Positions 16,995 to 25,683 of a stretch of 32,000 nucleotides of DNA are shown here, piece after piece. Position numbers and translations under genes: made by a program. The notes beneath the pieces are model-generated. The model saw only the letters and a list, made by a program, of their open reading frames with translations. It did not search any database and was not told the origin of the DNA. The stretch is taken from contig NC_006576.1 of assembly GCF_000010065.1 (NCBI RefSeq), positions 870,001-902,000 of the forward strand, written 5' to 3'. This DNA is from Synechococcus elongatus PCC 6301. Its GTDB lineage: Bacteria > Cyanobacteriota > Cyanobacteriia > Synechococcales > Synechococcaceae. Numbering within the stretch: position 1 is the first letter of the stretch; every line of letters starts with the position of its first letter.

Positions 16995-17335
16995 GAGACG
17001 ACTAAGCCCTCCAGCGTGATACGCCTGCCCTCGGGGATGTAGTAGCCGATCAGGTTCAGCTCGACTTGACCAGCTGCGCTGGCTGAGACGATGCGAACCT
17101 TCTCCAGCTTCAGCCGTGGCTCCCAGCGATCGAGCGCTTCAGCTGTGGCCGCCACCAGGTCAACGATGAGGGACTGGTTGATCGGTCGGTCGACAAGCCG
17201 GGGCAGACGTGAGCCGTAGTCCCGTCGCCAGACGCGGGTGCCCACGGGCGTCGTCAGGATGTCCGTAATTGACTGCCGGAGGTGGTCAATGCCCTTCAGC
17301 TCCTTGCCACTGTCACGGCTCATGCCTCGGGTCAT
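16991..17335 (-). CDS. Baseplate protein W (GPW/gp25 family)
   Basis: 114 aa. The motif ITDILTTPVGTRVWRRDYGSRLPRLVDRPIN is typical of the gp25/W family. Confidence 0.85.
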   Translation of the reverse strand: MTRGMSRDSGKELKGIDHLRQSITDILTTPVGTRVWRRDYGSRLPRLVDRPINQSLIVDLVAATAEALDRWEPRLKLEKVRIVSASAAGQVELNLIGYYIPEGRRITLEGLVVS

Positions 17336-17604
17336 TAGTCGCCCGCTCCGGTATCTTCACTGGCTTCGATGATTGCCGCCCCGCAGCTGCAGAGGTCACC
17401 GATCCGAGCAGTCGGCCTCTGGTTGGTAAAGACCGTGCGACTGCCGGTGATGATCGTGTTCAAGCCATGCAGGGGGCAGGCGTGAAGGTCATCCTTTCGG
17501 GCCACGGGGCGGCTGTTGACGAAGGTGTCGTCGCTCCCGGTGATGATGATCCCGCCGTGATCGGTCACGTCGTTTAGTCGAGCGATGCCTGGCGTCGTAG
17601 TCAC
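17335..17604 (-). CDS. PAAR-repeat spike-tip protein
   Basis: 89 aa with repeated PAAR-like units (ARLNDVTDHGG, PVARKDDLHACPLHG, PTARIGDLCSCG). It lies between the V spike and W genes. Confidence 0.8.
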   Translation of the reverse strand: MTTTPGIARLNDVTDHGGIIITGSDDTFVNSRPVARKDDLHACPLHGLNTIITGSRTVFTNQRPTARIGDLCSCGAAIIEASEDTGAGD

Positions 17605-18161
17605 GGGTTTAGGTCAATACGACTTGCGGTCACTGTAACGTTGCCCTCGGCGGTCACGTTAACGTCGCCTTGGGCTTCGACTTGCGCCTCCTGCACAAGG
17701 ATCACAATCCGTCCTTGGGCTGCGGTGAGGTCGATCTTGTACTCATGCGCTTCGCGGTCGTACTGGATGATTGAGTCATCCTCGAACTGCGTCTTTTGGA
17801 TCGTTTCTTTGTCCTCGATCTGGGGGTAGTCAGTCGAGAACGCGCCGGGCATCGCGAAGCCCTGACTGATCTCGCCGGAGGGGGCCATCACGACGACGGC
17901 CTCACCGACCTCGGGCGCCCACCAGAACCGATCCTTGCCCGCTCGCTGCGTGAGCCACGGAATCCAGTCAGTGAGGAGCAGCGCCTCGCCGCTCTCCTCG
18001 TCTTCCTCGATCGCGACACGGATCAGCCCCTTGGGATAGTCAGCCTCGGCTACCCTGCCTACGCGGAGCAAGTTGCCGTGACGCCGACTGTGATCGCTCG
18101 CTTCGTAGTCGCCGACGCCGGAAGTTGTGGCGTCGCCGCGCTCAAGCCACTGGGGAGCCAT
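17601..18161 (-). CDS. Baseplate spike / assembly protein V (P2 gpV family)
   Basis: Start taken at the internal ATG 18159-18161 (MAPQWLERG...). LLRVGRVAEADYPKGLIRVAIEE and the C-terminal beta-helix-like VEAQGDVNVTAEGNVTVTASRIDLN fit gpV. The 52-aa upstream extension in the track ORF is Cys/Arg/Ser-rich and overlaps another ORF. Confidence 0.8.
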   Translation of the reverse strand: MAPQWLERGDATTSGVGDYEASDHSRRHGNLLRVGRVAEADYPKGLIRVAIEEDEESGEALLLTDWIPWLTQRAGKDRFWWAPEVGEAVVVMAPSGEISQGFAMPGAFSTDYPQIEDKETIQKTQFEDDSIIQYDREAHEYKIDLTAAQGRIVILVQEAQVEAQGDVNVTAEGNVTVTASRIDLNP

Positions 18162-18384
18162 TGCGTACCGTCGCCCAGAAGTAGACTGCTGTTGCCGGGA
18201 GCTGATCGCGCTGTGGCTTTTCCAGCCGGTTCTCAAGCAGCAGCTTCGCGGCCACAAGCCGCAGCCCTTGGTTGAATGCGTGGCTTGGTTCGGGCAGCGG
18301 CGAGCCGAAAAAGCCACTAGCTGCGGCCAGCGCTGCGTCGAGTGCTTTGGTCAGGCTGTCAGGGTCGGCTGACTGGTAGCCCAT
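18142..18384 (-). CDS. Hypothetical small protein upstream of gpV
   Basis: 80-aa ORF that fills the gap and overlaps the V start by 20 nt. I recognise no family. Confidence 0.35.
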   Translation of the reverse strand: MGYQSADPDSLTKALDAALAAASGFFGSPLPEPSHAFNQGLRLVAAKLLLENRLEKPQRDQLPATAVYFWATVRNGSPVA

Positions 18385-18408
18385 AAACTCGCCGATCGCC
18401 GCCGGGGT

Positions 18409-18498
18409 TCACGCCGCGATGGGTGCGGGGGCCGGAGGCGAGGGCGGGGTCGTCGGTTTTGGACGGGGCGGTCGCTTGCGGGATGGTGAAGTCGTCAT
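18409..18498 (-). CDS. Possible 29-aa proline-rich peptide
   Basis: MTTSPSRKRPPRPKPTTPPSPPAPAPIAA. Its ATG (18496-18498) overlaps the TGA (18495-18497) of the upstream gene. Low-complexity composition makes it doubtful. Confidence 0.2.
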   Translation of the reverse strand: MTTSPSRKRPPRPKPTTPPSPPAPAPIAA

Positions 18499-19133
18499 CG
18501 TGGGGGCACCGGGGGTTGATAAGTTCCTAGGTCTAGGTCGCCAAGGCTGATGTCGGCGGCTGGCATTGGGCAGGCATCCCCCACTTGTTCGCCAGGACAA
18601 CCCGGTAGGATCTGGCCCCCGGGGTAAGCGCCCGATCGCTCAATTGGGCCGACGCCTTCGGCCGCCGCCTCGTCGACGTAGGGGTCGGCGCAATCGCGGT
18701 AAACGGTGAAGTAAGCCACCTCGTAGGTAAGCCGAACCGCACCGATTGGCAGGCTGCCCTCGTAGCTCACATCTAGCTCGGTTTCGGTCAGGCGAAGCTC
18801 AGCGGACTCCATGCCCGCGATCGTCAGGTGCTCGAGCTCGGCCTCGACTTCGCCAGCTAGGTCGTCCAGCACATCGTCGATATCCTGGAGCACCTGGGCG
18901 ACACACTCGACCGCGATCGTGGCTGTGCGCCGGATCGACGAGTTCCAGCCACTGGGAGGATGACCCCGTTCAGGCGAGGGGATCTTCTCCGAGCGGCTGA
19001 GCACCATGATCGCCGGCAGCTCGTCCTCGGTCAGCGTGTTGGTCCGGGACTGAAAGACGCGGTCTTCTGCGGCGGTCTTCTCCATCAGGGCAGCAGCGAT
19101 CGCAGACCGAATCTCTCGGCGACGGTTAGGCAT
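18495..19133 (-). CDS. Head-tail connector / tail completion protein (function tentative)
   Basis: 212 aa from the ATG at 19131-19133 (MPNRRREIRSAIAAALMEK...), overlapping the upstream stop by 8 nt. Position and N-terminal sequence resemble tail-completion/DUF3168-type proteins. The longer track start is Cys/Arg-rich. Confidence 0.5.
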   Translation of the reverse strand: MPNRRREIRSAIAAALMEKTAAEDRVFQSRTNTLTEDELPAIMVLSRSEKIPSPERGHPPSGWNSSIRRTATIAVECVAQVLQDIDDVLDDLAGEVEAELEHLTIAGMESAELRLTETELDVSYEGSLPIGAVRLTYEVAYFTVYRDCADPYVDEAAAEGVGPIERSGAYPGGQILPGCPGEQVGDACPMPAADISLGDLDLGTYQPPVPPR

Positions 19134-19437
19134 TCTGGAGCACCAAAAGCACACCCACGTTGCCGTCTTCCTGCGTCTCCGCAATGCGGTAGTTGACGCC
19201 ACGCACAATCAGGCGATCGCCCACCTTGGGAGTCACGGGAAGGTCAGATAGCCGGATGCCACAGATGGGCTGGTTGCTCTGTACTCCCATGCCGGTATCG
19301 GGGTCGATCATGGCGTGCTTGGACTGAAACACCCCAGGCAGCGTGTAGGTTGCCTCGCCACGCTTGTAGATCACCGGCTCGCCCAGCGTGCGGGTGACAT
19401 GGCCCAGCATCCGATCCATCAGCCTAGGGAAGTCCAT
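19126..19437 (-). CDS. Head-tail joining protein (lambda FII-like position)
   Basis: 103 aa, following the capsid and decoration genes. The sequence (GEPVIYKRGEATYTLPGVFQ...GDRLIVRGVNYRIAE) is typical of small head-tail attachment proteins. Confidence 0.55.
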   Translation of the reverse strand: MDFPRLMDRMLGHVTRTLGEPVIYKRGEATYTLPGVFQSKHAMIDPDTGMGVQSNQPICGIRLSDLPVTPKVGDRLIVRGVNYRIAETQEDGNVGVLLVLQNA

Positions 19438-19442
19438 CAGCC

Positions 19443-19772
19443 TTAGACCGTGACGCCGTTCAGTCGAACCACGGCGATCGCATCACTGGAGCCAGCCGCT
19501 TTGATGGCCGCGCCGATCAGGCTGTTGCCCGATGCAGTCGTGGTGACAACCTTGGCGGTGTTATCCCAGTAGACCTTTGCGCCTTGGTTGATCACGCCGG
19601 TCGCCTTGGGCAGTTCGTAAACACCAACGGTCACGAACTCGCCTTCCTGCCCGCTAGTCACGGCGGTTGCTGCCACACCAAACAGAGTGCCAATCAGTGC
19701 ACCGCCGCCAGAGGCGACGTCGTAGGGGGCGATCAGGGGGATGGTATGCCCCGGTTGCGTGTAGTTTTTCAT
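19443..19772 (-). CDS. DUF2190-family protein (putative capsid decoration/cement protein)
   Basis: 109 aa. GHTIPLIAPYDVASGGGALIGTLFGVAATAVTSGQEGEFVTVGVYELPK matches my memory of the DUF2190 family. It lies directly after the capsid gene. Confidence 0.7.
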   Translation of the reverse strand: MKNYTQPGHTIPLIAPYDVASGGGALIGTLFGVAATAVTSGQEGEFVTVGVYELPKATGVINQGAKVYWDNTAKVVTTTASGNSLIGAAIKAAGSSDAIAVVRLNGVTV

Positions 19773-19819
19773 GGGTTCCTTGCGTATTTCTGAACTTTGC
19801 TCAGCGCTCAGCTCAGCGC

Positions 19820-21694
19820 TTAGGGGGTCGGATCAACGCCGCTCGACCGATAGAAGCCTCGGTGGTTGATCACTTTGCATGCGAAATCCAAGCGAACCTT
19901 GACCTCCATGCCGTCTACGTCGAAGCCCTCGCGGGTTTCAATCGTGGGGCCACGCTGACCTTCGAGGTAGGCAGCCTCAAGCATGTCAATTTGGCTGGGC
20001 GTAGCCAGAACGTAGAACTGCGGTGAAGCCGTATCTAGTCGCGGCTCGACGATCATCTTCATCGATCGCGAGAACACGTTTACGTTAGCGGTTTCGTTGG
20101 CATTGATCGGCGCCAAGAGTTTTTCAGCCGCCGTTTCTAACGTGCTAGGCACCAACAAGTAACCCGCCGTCAGATTGATGCGGTTGCCCTTCAGGTCTTG
20201 CTGGGTGCGTAGTGCTTGACGGGCTGCTGAGATACCAGCCTCGTTGATGCCGCCAACGCCCACATTTAGGTGGCTTGCGTGGAACAGGGCAATACCGTCA
20301 CCCATTACTGGTTTAGACAGGAAGTTGTCGTAGATTTTTTCGCTTTCAAAATCTGCAACCGCCCGCCCAATCAACTGCACCATCCGGCTTAAAGCGTCGA
20401 GATCGTCGTTGATAACAACTTGTCGGCCGATAGGGACCACTTTCCCGTAAGTTGCTAGGCGGTATTTTTCCAGCCCTTCTGCAAACGGGCTGTCTCGCGT
20501 AAACTCGCCCGCTTCGTTGACGCGATCAAGTTGCAGTCGACCATCGAAGGTGATGACGTTTTTGTCGCGGAAGTCAGGCAGGCTTGTGATACGAGTAAAC
20601 GGAGCCCAGGTTTGAGGCGCTTGCTCGTAGCCTCGAGCCAGAGTTTTGTTGGTGATATCCAACAGGATGTAAGCGAAGTCGCTGGTGGTATGCAGGGCAC
20701 GACCGGCCAGCTCAATCCGAGTCATGCCTTGGGTGTCAATGCCGCGCATCTCGTGCAAGACACGAACTACCTCAATCAGGCTCATGCCCTGATACCGACG
20801 ACCCTTTTCATTCAGGTCGCTGATGCCGGTGCGGGCTTCGAGGGCGTTGGCGATGCCTTCGCGGATAGTGTCGCCACGATCGCGGGTGACGGTGATGGTG
20901 TTGTCGATGATGGGAGCTGCATTGGCGATCGCATCAATCACCGCTTCTCGGGCTTGGTCAAGGGTTGCACCAGACTGGATTAACTGATCCGCCAAGGTCT
21001 GGGGCTGCTTACCACGAGCGACAATTTCGACAATGCTGGCAGCGCGTTTGCGCTCGGCTGCGATCGCTGCGGCGGTGTCGCCAGCGCTGCGCTCTTCAAT
21101 GGGTGCCGGATCAGCCACAGACGGCGTGGCCTGCTCAGGCGCGAGGGTGTTCTCTTCTCCGTCCATGGGGGACTCCTGTTGGGGGTTTGCTCGGACGCTC
21201 GCGGCAGCATCGGCGGGGATCGCCACAAGCGAAAGCTCATGGGGCTCCCAGTCGGTAATCCGATAGGTCATCGGCTCACCGGTCTCGCCTTCGGTTTTTT
21301 CGTAGCGGTGAATCATGTAACCCACGCTCACGTTTCGAACGATGCCGTCTCGGACGTCTCGAAAAATCGGTTCGACTTCAGCTCGACTGCTGAATCGGAC
21401 TAAGGCTCGGCCCTCATTACCGTCGATCCACGCTCGCTCCACCACACCCAATACGCTGCTGAGGTCGTAGGCAGAATGTGAGTTCAGCAACGGTGCGCCG
21501 GAGTTCAGGCGATCGAGCCGCACTGACTCTGGAGCCATGCTTAGCTCCTCGTAGTAGCGGCCATCCCAGCCGTTCCGCAGGACTTTAGCGCCAGTACTCC
21601 AAGTCAGCTCGACCGTTCGCTGCTCCTCGTTGAGAGTGGCAGGAACGAATGAGGCTCGCAGTGTCAACGGTGTAGCAAAGCGTTTCTGTTCCAT
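19820..21694 (-). CDS. Prohead protease - major capsid protein fusion
   Basis: 624 aa. The N-terminal 170 aa resemble an HK97-type prohead protease, followed by an acidic/Ala-rich linker and a C-terminal 350-aa major capsid domain. No separate protease, scaffold or capsid gene lies between the portal and decoration genes. Confidence 0.8.
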   Translation of the reverse strand: MEQKRFATPLTLRASFVPATLNEEQRTVELTWSTGAKVLRNGWDGRYYEELSMAPESVRLDRLNSGAPLLNSHSAYDLSSVLGVVERAWIDGNEGRALVRFSSRAEVEPIFRDVRDGIVRNVSVGYMIHRYEKTEGETGEPMTYRITDWEPHELSLVAIPADAAASVRANPQQESPMDGEENTLAPEQATPSVADPAPIEERSAGDTAAAIAAERKRAASIVEIVARGKQPQTLADQLIQSGATLDQAREAVIDAIANAAPIIDNTITVTRDRGDTIREGIANALEARTGISDLNEKGRRYQGMSLIEVVRVLHEMRGIDTQGMTRIELAGRALHTTSDFAYILLDITNKTLARGYEQAPQTWAPFTRITSLPDFRDKNVITFDGRLQLDRVNEAGEFTRDSPFAEGLEKYRLATYGKVVPIGRQVVINDDLDALSRMVQLIGRAVADFESEKIYDNFLSKPVMGDGIALFHASHLNVGVGGINEAGISAARQALRTQQDLKGNRINLTAGYLLVPSTLETAAEKLLAPINANETANVNVFSRSMKMIVEPRLDTASPQFYVLATPSQIDMLEAAYLEGQRGPTIETREGFDVDGMEVKVRLDFACKVINHRGFYRSSGVDPTP

Positions 21695-21695
21695 G

Positions 21696-21716
21696 CCCTA
21701 GATTTTAGCTCTAGGG
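21696..21716 (-). promoter_or_regulatory. Hairpin filling the whole portal-capsid intergenic spacer
   Basis: CCCTAGA-ttttagc-TCTAGGG (7-bp stem, 7-nt loop). It sits one nt from the portal stop (21717) and one nt from the capsid-fusion ATG (21694). No Shine-Dalgarno sequence is visible. Confidence 0.35.
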
Positions 21717-23180
21717 TCACTGGGGTTGCGACTCTGTCACTGCGATCGCTTCCTGTCGGCGTGGATCTTGGCGCGGGTCGCTATCCAGAACGAGTCCAAG
21801 TTCATCAAAGCGCTTGAGATCCTCGGCCAGTTCAGCAGCCACAGCGTCGGGATCTTCGCCTTGTTCTCGGACTGCTTCAGACCAAGACTTTAGGCCAGCC
21901 CGAACTGCGGCCTTGACGGCTTCAGTTTCCTTGGTAGGGTCGATCATCTCGCGCCGTGGCGGTGTCCAAGTGATTGTCGTGCCGTCTAGCAGCGCTCCAG
22001 TCAGTCCGGCTGCTTCCACAAACCAAGTCCACACTGGGCTGCACATCTGCGGGATCAGCATCTGCCATCGCCAGGTGTCGATGTTGCGGGCAAACTCAAT
22101 GTGGCCCATGCGGCCAGAGGAAAAATTTACCTGAGAGTAATCATTTGTCAGCGACTCGTAGGTGATGCCGTAGCCCGCCGCGATCTTATGCAGTAATTGC
22201 CGGACGTAGGGCTCATAGCCGTCGTTGCTAGGCGGGTTGGCGAAGCGGATGTCGCGCCCGGGCGGCAAGATTTCGACCGCACCGGGTTCTAGGGTGTCGA
22301 TGATTTCGTCGTCATCTGGGGCCAGTTCTGGCGCTTCAGTCTCGACGACAAACGCAGCAAAGCAGGCCGCGATTTTCTGCTTGAGCAGCTGGGCTTTCTC
22401 GTAGTCGTTCAAGTCCTTGACGTCGATCATCACCGGCGACACCCACGGCACGCCGCGCCGTTGACCGGGGCGATCGAGACGGTAGACGTGGGCAATGTCA
22501 GCAGCAGGCACTCGAGATGATTTTAGGGTCGAGGAGCCTGCTGTCGCTTCGCCCGGATGGGTTGGATACAGCCAGTAAGCAACGCGCTGGCCACTAGCAT
22601 CTAGCTCAATGCCTTGCACGATTTTGCGGTTGCCCCCCAGATCTGCATCACGGGTGACGTCTAGGTGCTCTGGTTCCAGCAACTGCAGTTGCAGCGGTAC
22701 GGGCAGTCCGTCCTTGGCTTGGCGCGGCAGCTTGCGAATCAGCACCTCGCCGGACTCGACGATCGTTTTCATTGCCAGTGCCTGCAGCCCGTGGAAGTCG
22801 TGGCGGCCATCGGCATCGCAGAGGGTCGAGCCAGCCCATGCCTCCCACAGTTTTTTGGCAGCTAGGTCACGGCGTTTGGAACTGTGCTTGGGTTGCCCAA
22901 CAATGCCTGCGCCGACGACATTGGAGACGATGACATCTCGTGCCCTCAGCGCCCAGCCGTTGTTCTGTGATAGGTCGCGCGATCGCTCTCGCAGCTTGGG
23001 TGAGTCGCGGGCGATCTCGGTGTTGGCGCTGCTGCCTTGGGTCGTCCAACCAGCTGTACGCCGCCCACCCTTTGCGCCGTCGTAACCGCGCACCCGTTCT
23101 AGGGTTAGCCGTGCCCGCTCTCGTTCTAGCGCGGCTTTGGGGCTGACCCAGGCGATTAGGTCGTCCAGCAGGTTGGGCAT
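21717..23180 (-). CDS. Portal protein, lambda family
   Basis: 487 aa. The N-terminus (RVRGYDGAKGGRRTAGWTTQGSSANTEIARDSPKLRERSRDLSQNNGWA) is typical of lambda-type portals. The order is terL-gpW-portal. Confidence 0.9.
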   Translation of the reverse strand: MPNLLDDLIAWVSPKAALERERARLTLERVRGYDGAKGGRRTAGWTTQGSSANTEIARDSPKLRERSRDLSQNNGWALRARDVIVSNVVGAGIVGQPKHSSKRRDLAAKKLWEAWAGSTLCDADGRHDFHGLQALAMKTIVESGEVLIRKLPRQAKDGLPVPLQLQLLEPEHLDVTRDADLGGNRKIVQGIELDASGQRVAYWLYPTHPGEATAGSSTLKSSRVPAADIAHVYRLDRPGQRRGVPWVSPVMIDVKDLNDYEKAQLLKQKIAACFAAFVVETEAPELAPDDDEIIDTLEPGAVEILPPGRDIRFANPPSNDGYEPYVRQLLHKIAAGYGITYESLTNDYSQVNFSSGRMGHIEFARNIDTWRWQMLIPQMCSPVWTWFVEAAGLTGALLDGTTITWTPPRREMIDPTKETEAVKAAVRAGLKSWSEAVREQGEDPDAVAAELAEDLKRFDELGLVLDSDPRQDPRRQEAIAVTESQPQ

Positions 23181-23389
23181 CAGCGATCGCTCTGGTCAGG
23201 ACGGTACTGGATGTAGCGGCGCGTTGTGGTGCGGCCCTTTCCAAGCAACTCTTTCCGCATCAGGTCGCGAGCCTGCAACATCTGAGACAAGGTTTTGTAG
23301 CGAACGCGCTTGTCACCGTAAGCGACCTCATCACAGCCGCTAGCGATCGCGGCCTCTAGCGCTTGCAAGTCTTCTTGGGTAAAGGCCAT
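23180..23389 (-). CDS. Head-tail joining protein gpW (lambda W family)
   Basis: 69 aa. FTQEDLQALEAAIASGCDEVAYGDKRVRYKTLSQMLQARDLMRKEL is typical of gpW. It lies between the terminase and portal genes, as in lambda. Confidence 0.8.
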   Translation of the reverse strand: MAFTQEDLQALEAAIASGCDEVAYGDKRVRYKTLSQMLQARDLMRKELLGKGRTTTRRYIQYRPDQSDR

Positions 23390-23414
23390 GAACTCAGGTT
23401 TCGACGCTACTCAC

Positions 23415-23420
23415 ATTCTA
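23415..23420 (-). promoter_or_regulatory. TAGAAT box (candidate -10 element) ahead of gpW and the head genes
   Basis: The minus strand reads CACTAGAATGTGA in the 127-bp terL-gpW gap, with 25 nt between the box and the ATG at 23389. Confidence 0.35.
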
Positions 23421-23469
23421 GTGGGCGCGAGAATGGGGCTGGGTGACGGCGACAAAAAACCAAAACAGG

Positions 23470-23509
23470 CCTCAAGGCCAGTCATAGCCTCAAAAAAAGT
23501 GGCCACTTT
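23470..23509. repeat. Left copy of a 40-nt inverted repeat bracketing terL
   Basis: CCTCAAGGCCAGTCATAGCCTCAAAAAAAGTGGCCACTTT matches the reverse complement of 25684-25723 at 37/40 positions. It contains the 14-bp palindrome AAAGTGGCCACTTT. Confidence 0.85.
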
Positions 23510-23516
23510 CTTTGGA

Positions 23517-25397
23517 CTACTCACTCAGCCAGCCCGATCGCCGCTTGCGTTGAACCTTGGTAGCTGGCTTGCTGGGTTGCTGCAGGTGTGTCGCATCCAT
23601 CAGCGATCGCGCGATCTCCTGCCAGCGCTCCGCAGGCCAGCGGTCCAGCCCCATCGCCGTCGCCGCTGCTCTCGCATAGACCCGGCAGTCCAGAGCCTCG
23701 TTGCGCGGCCTTGTCTTCACCCACTCGTAGCGCTTAAAGCCTTTCACCAACCTGAATTGCAGCTCCTCAGCCGTCAGCTGCGCGAAATACTCCTCGCCGT
23801 ACTGCGGGAAGTGCATGAACCCCCTCGGGTACGGGTCGCAGTCATTCAGTGGCGGGTCTAGTCGCAGCCAGCCATACAGCTCGCTCTTCGCCACACTCAC
23901 ACCCACTGGCCAGAGCCGGATGCCGCCCTTGATCGTCTTGCCCTTCAGGCTCACATCCTGCAGTTTCGGCGTGCCCAAAATCGTCGTCAGCGTGTCACGT
24001 CCCTTGATTGGAATCACTCGACTCACCGACTGCTTCCGGCACCAGGCGTAGACCTCCATCGTGTTGTAGCCCGTGTCTACACAAACCTTGCCAATCGGTA
24101 GCTCACCCCCACCTATCCGTGGATAGGTGCGCGCCAACTGCTTCTCCAGTTCAGCCCACGGGGCAGCCGTCGCCGTGTCGCCCTGGATGACGACGTACTC
24201 AACCGACCAGCTCTCAAGGTTTGGCCCCCAGGCCACCACTTCCAGCTCGATGCGATCGCTTTGCACGTCCACACCCGCCGTCAGCACCAAGCCGCCTGGC
24301 GGCACCGTTGCGATCGCGTAGTCCTCGCGTCGTCGGTACAGCTGCTCCCAGTCAGGCGCTTCGCCAGCCTCAGCCCAGCACTCGCCCAGAACCGTGTTGA
24401 CAAACACTCGCTGCTGTTCGTCAGTCTTTGCGTTGACCCACATCCGCACCGCATCGCGCCAACTGAACCAACCCAGTGGCGAATACAGGCTGCTCAAGTG
24501 GTAGCCACGCACCGCGCTGTCAGGGCTCTCCGGCACCCAGCGACCAGCGGCCAGCATCTTCGGCTTGTGCCGTTCCTCAATGCCCGTTCCGCAGTGCTCG
24601 CACATCAGCACTGGCGCGATGCTGAGGTCGTTCGGGTCGTAGTGAATCCGGTCCCAAGCGATCGCCTGGTACTCACCGCAGTGCGGGCAGGGCACCTGAT
24701 AGCGACGCTGATCCGACAGCTCCCACTCCCGCCAAATTCGGCTGACCCCAGCCCGCGTCGGCGTACTCACCAGCAGAATCTTGCGGCGGCTAAACGTCCG
24801 CGTCCGCGCCTCAGCCAGCCCAATTGGGTCGCCCTCCCCGTCCACATCGCCCGGATAGGCGTCCACCTCATCCGCAAACAACCGCGCGATCGGCATCGAC
24901 CGCAGGCCTGCTGCGCTGTTTGCCCCCGCTAGCAACACGATTCCCCCCGGGAACTCCTTCGACAGCACACTGTTGCCACTGTCCCGCTCCCTAGCTGGCC
25001 GAACCTTTGCTTTCAGGCGTGGCGTCTCATCAATCAACGGCTGCAGCCGTTGCCGGCTGAACCGTTTAGCGATGTCCACCGTCGGCTGAATCACCAGCAT
25101 CGGCGCGGGCGTCAAGTCGATGGTGTAGCCAATCCAGTTACAGCCCGCCTCAGATCCACCGATTTGTGAGCCTTTGACAAACACAATCTTTTCGACAGAG
25201 CTGGTAGCCCCAAGGTTGTCCATAATCTCCGCCAGATACGGAGTCCGGCTCGTGCGCCAGCGACCAGGCTCAGCCGAGGCACGCTGCGACAGGAACCGGA
25301 ACTGATCAGCCCAGTCACTCACCGACAAAATCGGGTCAGGCCTCAGTCCCTCCAAGAAACCTTGGAGGCAAATGTCAGTTGCAGTAGCGATCGCCAT
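23517..25397 (-). CDS. terL: Terminase large subunit, lambda GpA family
   Basis: 626 aa. SVSDWADQFRFLSQRASAEPGRWRTSRTPYLAEIMDNL and VFVKGSQIGGSEAG are typical of GpA-type terminases. It has an internal CPHCG...CEHCG zinc motif. Confidence 0.93.
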   Translation of the reverse strand: MAIATATDICLQGFLEGLRPDPILSVSDWADQFRFLSQRASAEPGRWRTSRTPYLAEIMDNLGATSSVEKIVFVKGSQIGGSEAGCNWIGYTIDLTPAPMLVIQPTVDIAKRFSRQRLQPLIDETPRLKAKVRPARERDSGNSVLSKEFPGGIVLLAGANSAAGLRSMPIARLFADEVDAYPGDVDGEGDPIGLAEARTRTFSRRKILLVSTPTRAGVSRIWREWELSDQRRYQVPCPHCGEYQAIAWDRIHYDPNDLSIAPVLMCEHCGTGIEERHKPKMLAAGRWVPESPDSAVRGYHLSSLYSPLGWFSWRDAVRMWVNAKTDEQQRVFVNTVLGECWAEAGEAPDWEQLYRRREDYAIATVPPGGLVLTAGVDVQSDRIELEVVAWGPNLESWSVEYVVIQGDTATAAPWAELEKQLARTYPRIGGGELPIGKVCVDTGYNTMEVYAWCRKQSVSRVIPIKGRDTLTTILGTPKLQDVSLKGKTIKGGIRLWPVGVSVAKSELYGWLRLDPPLNDCDPYPRGFMHFPQYGEEYFAQLTAEELQFRLVKGFKRYEWVKTRPRNEALDCRVYARAAATAMGLDRWPAERWQEIARSLMDATHLQQPSKPATKVQRKRRSGWLSE

Positions 25398-25631
25398 CTG
25401 TATTACTCTCCAGAACAGGTCTCAAACCCGCATCAACACTGAGTTTCTTTTGGGCACTTTTCTGCAAACTGGCCAGAATTTGAGGCTGAGAATGCATGCT
25501 AAAACTGGGTTTGTGGAGCTTCATATGTTGTCTGAGAGTGCAAAAAAGCAAGCTCAGTTGAGCAACTTTCATTTCGCTTAGCTCAAAGAATTTCTGGGCT
25601 GAATATCTTGGACAGAAATCAACGAAAGGTC

Positions 25632-25652
25632 GGGGCCGGCGGCCCCTTTTTT
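25632..25652 (+). terminator. GC hairpin plus T6, canonical on the plus strand, possibly bidirectional
   Basis: GGGGCC-GGC-GGCCCC followed by TTTTTT on the plus strand. On the minus strand the same hairpin is preceded by A6 and followed by the moderately U-rich GACCTTTCGTTGATTTC. It lies between terS and terL. Confidence 0.5.
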
Positions 25653-25683
25653 GATGCCAAAACCCTTGCTATGACTGAGTTCA

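Noticed and set aside
17601-18317. Long (238-aa) version of the gpV ORF and long (237-aa) version of the 18495-19208 ORF.
   Set aside because: The N-terminal extensions are Cys/Arg/Ser-rich and overlap upstream genes extensively. Internal ATGs at 18161 and 19133 give normal short overlaps and family-like N-termini.
22681-22690. Perfect palindrome AACTGCAGTT inside the portal gene, identical to the one upstream of the fibre-block TAGAAT box.
   Set aside because: No TAGAAT or other -10-like element follows it, and it lies deep in coding sequence, so it is probably chance.
25375-25581. 65-aa minus-strand and 69-aa plus-strand ORFs in the terS-terL spacer.
   Set aside because: Both have odd composition. 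The minus-strand ORF overlaps the terL start out of frame by 23 nt, the plus-strand ORF starts inside terL antisense, and neither has a convincing ribosome-binding context. I kept the region only as a possible non-coding or regulatory locus.
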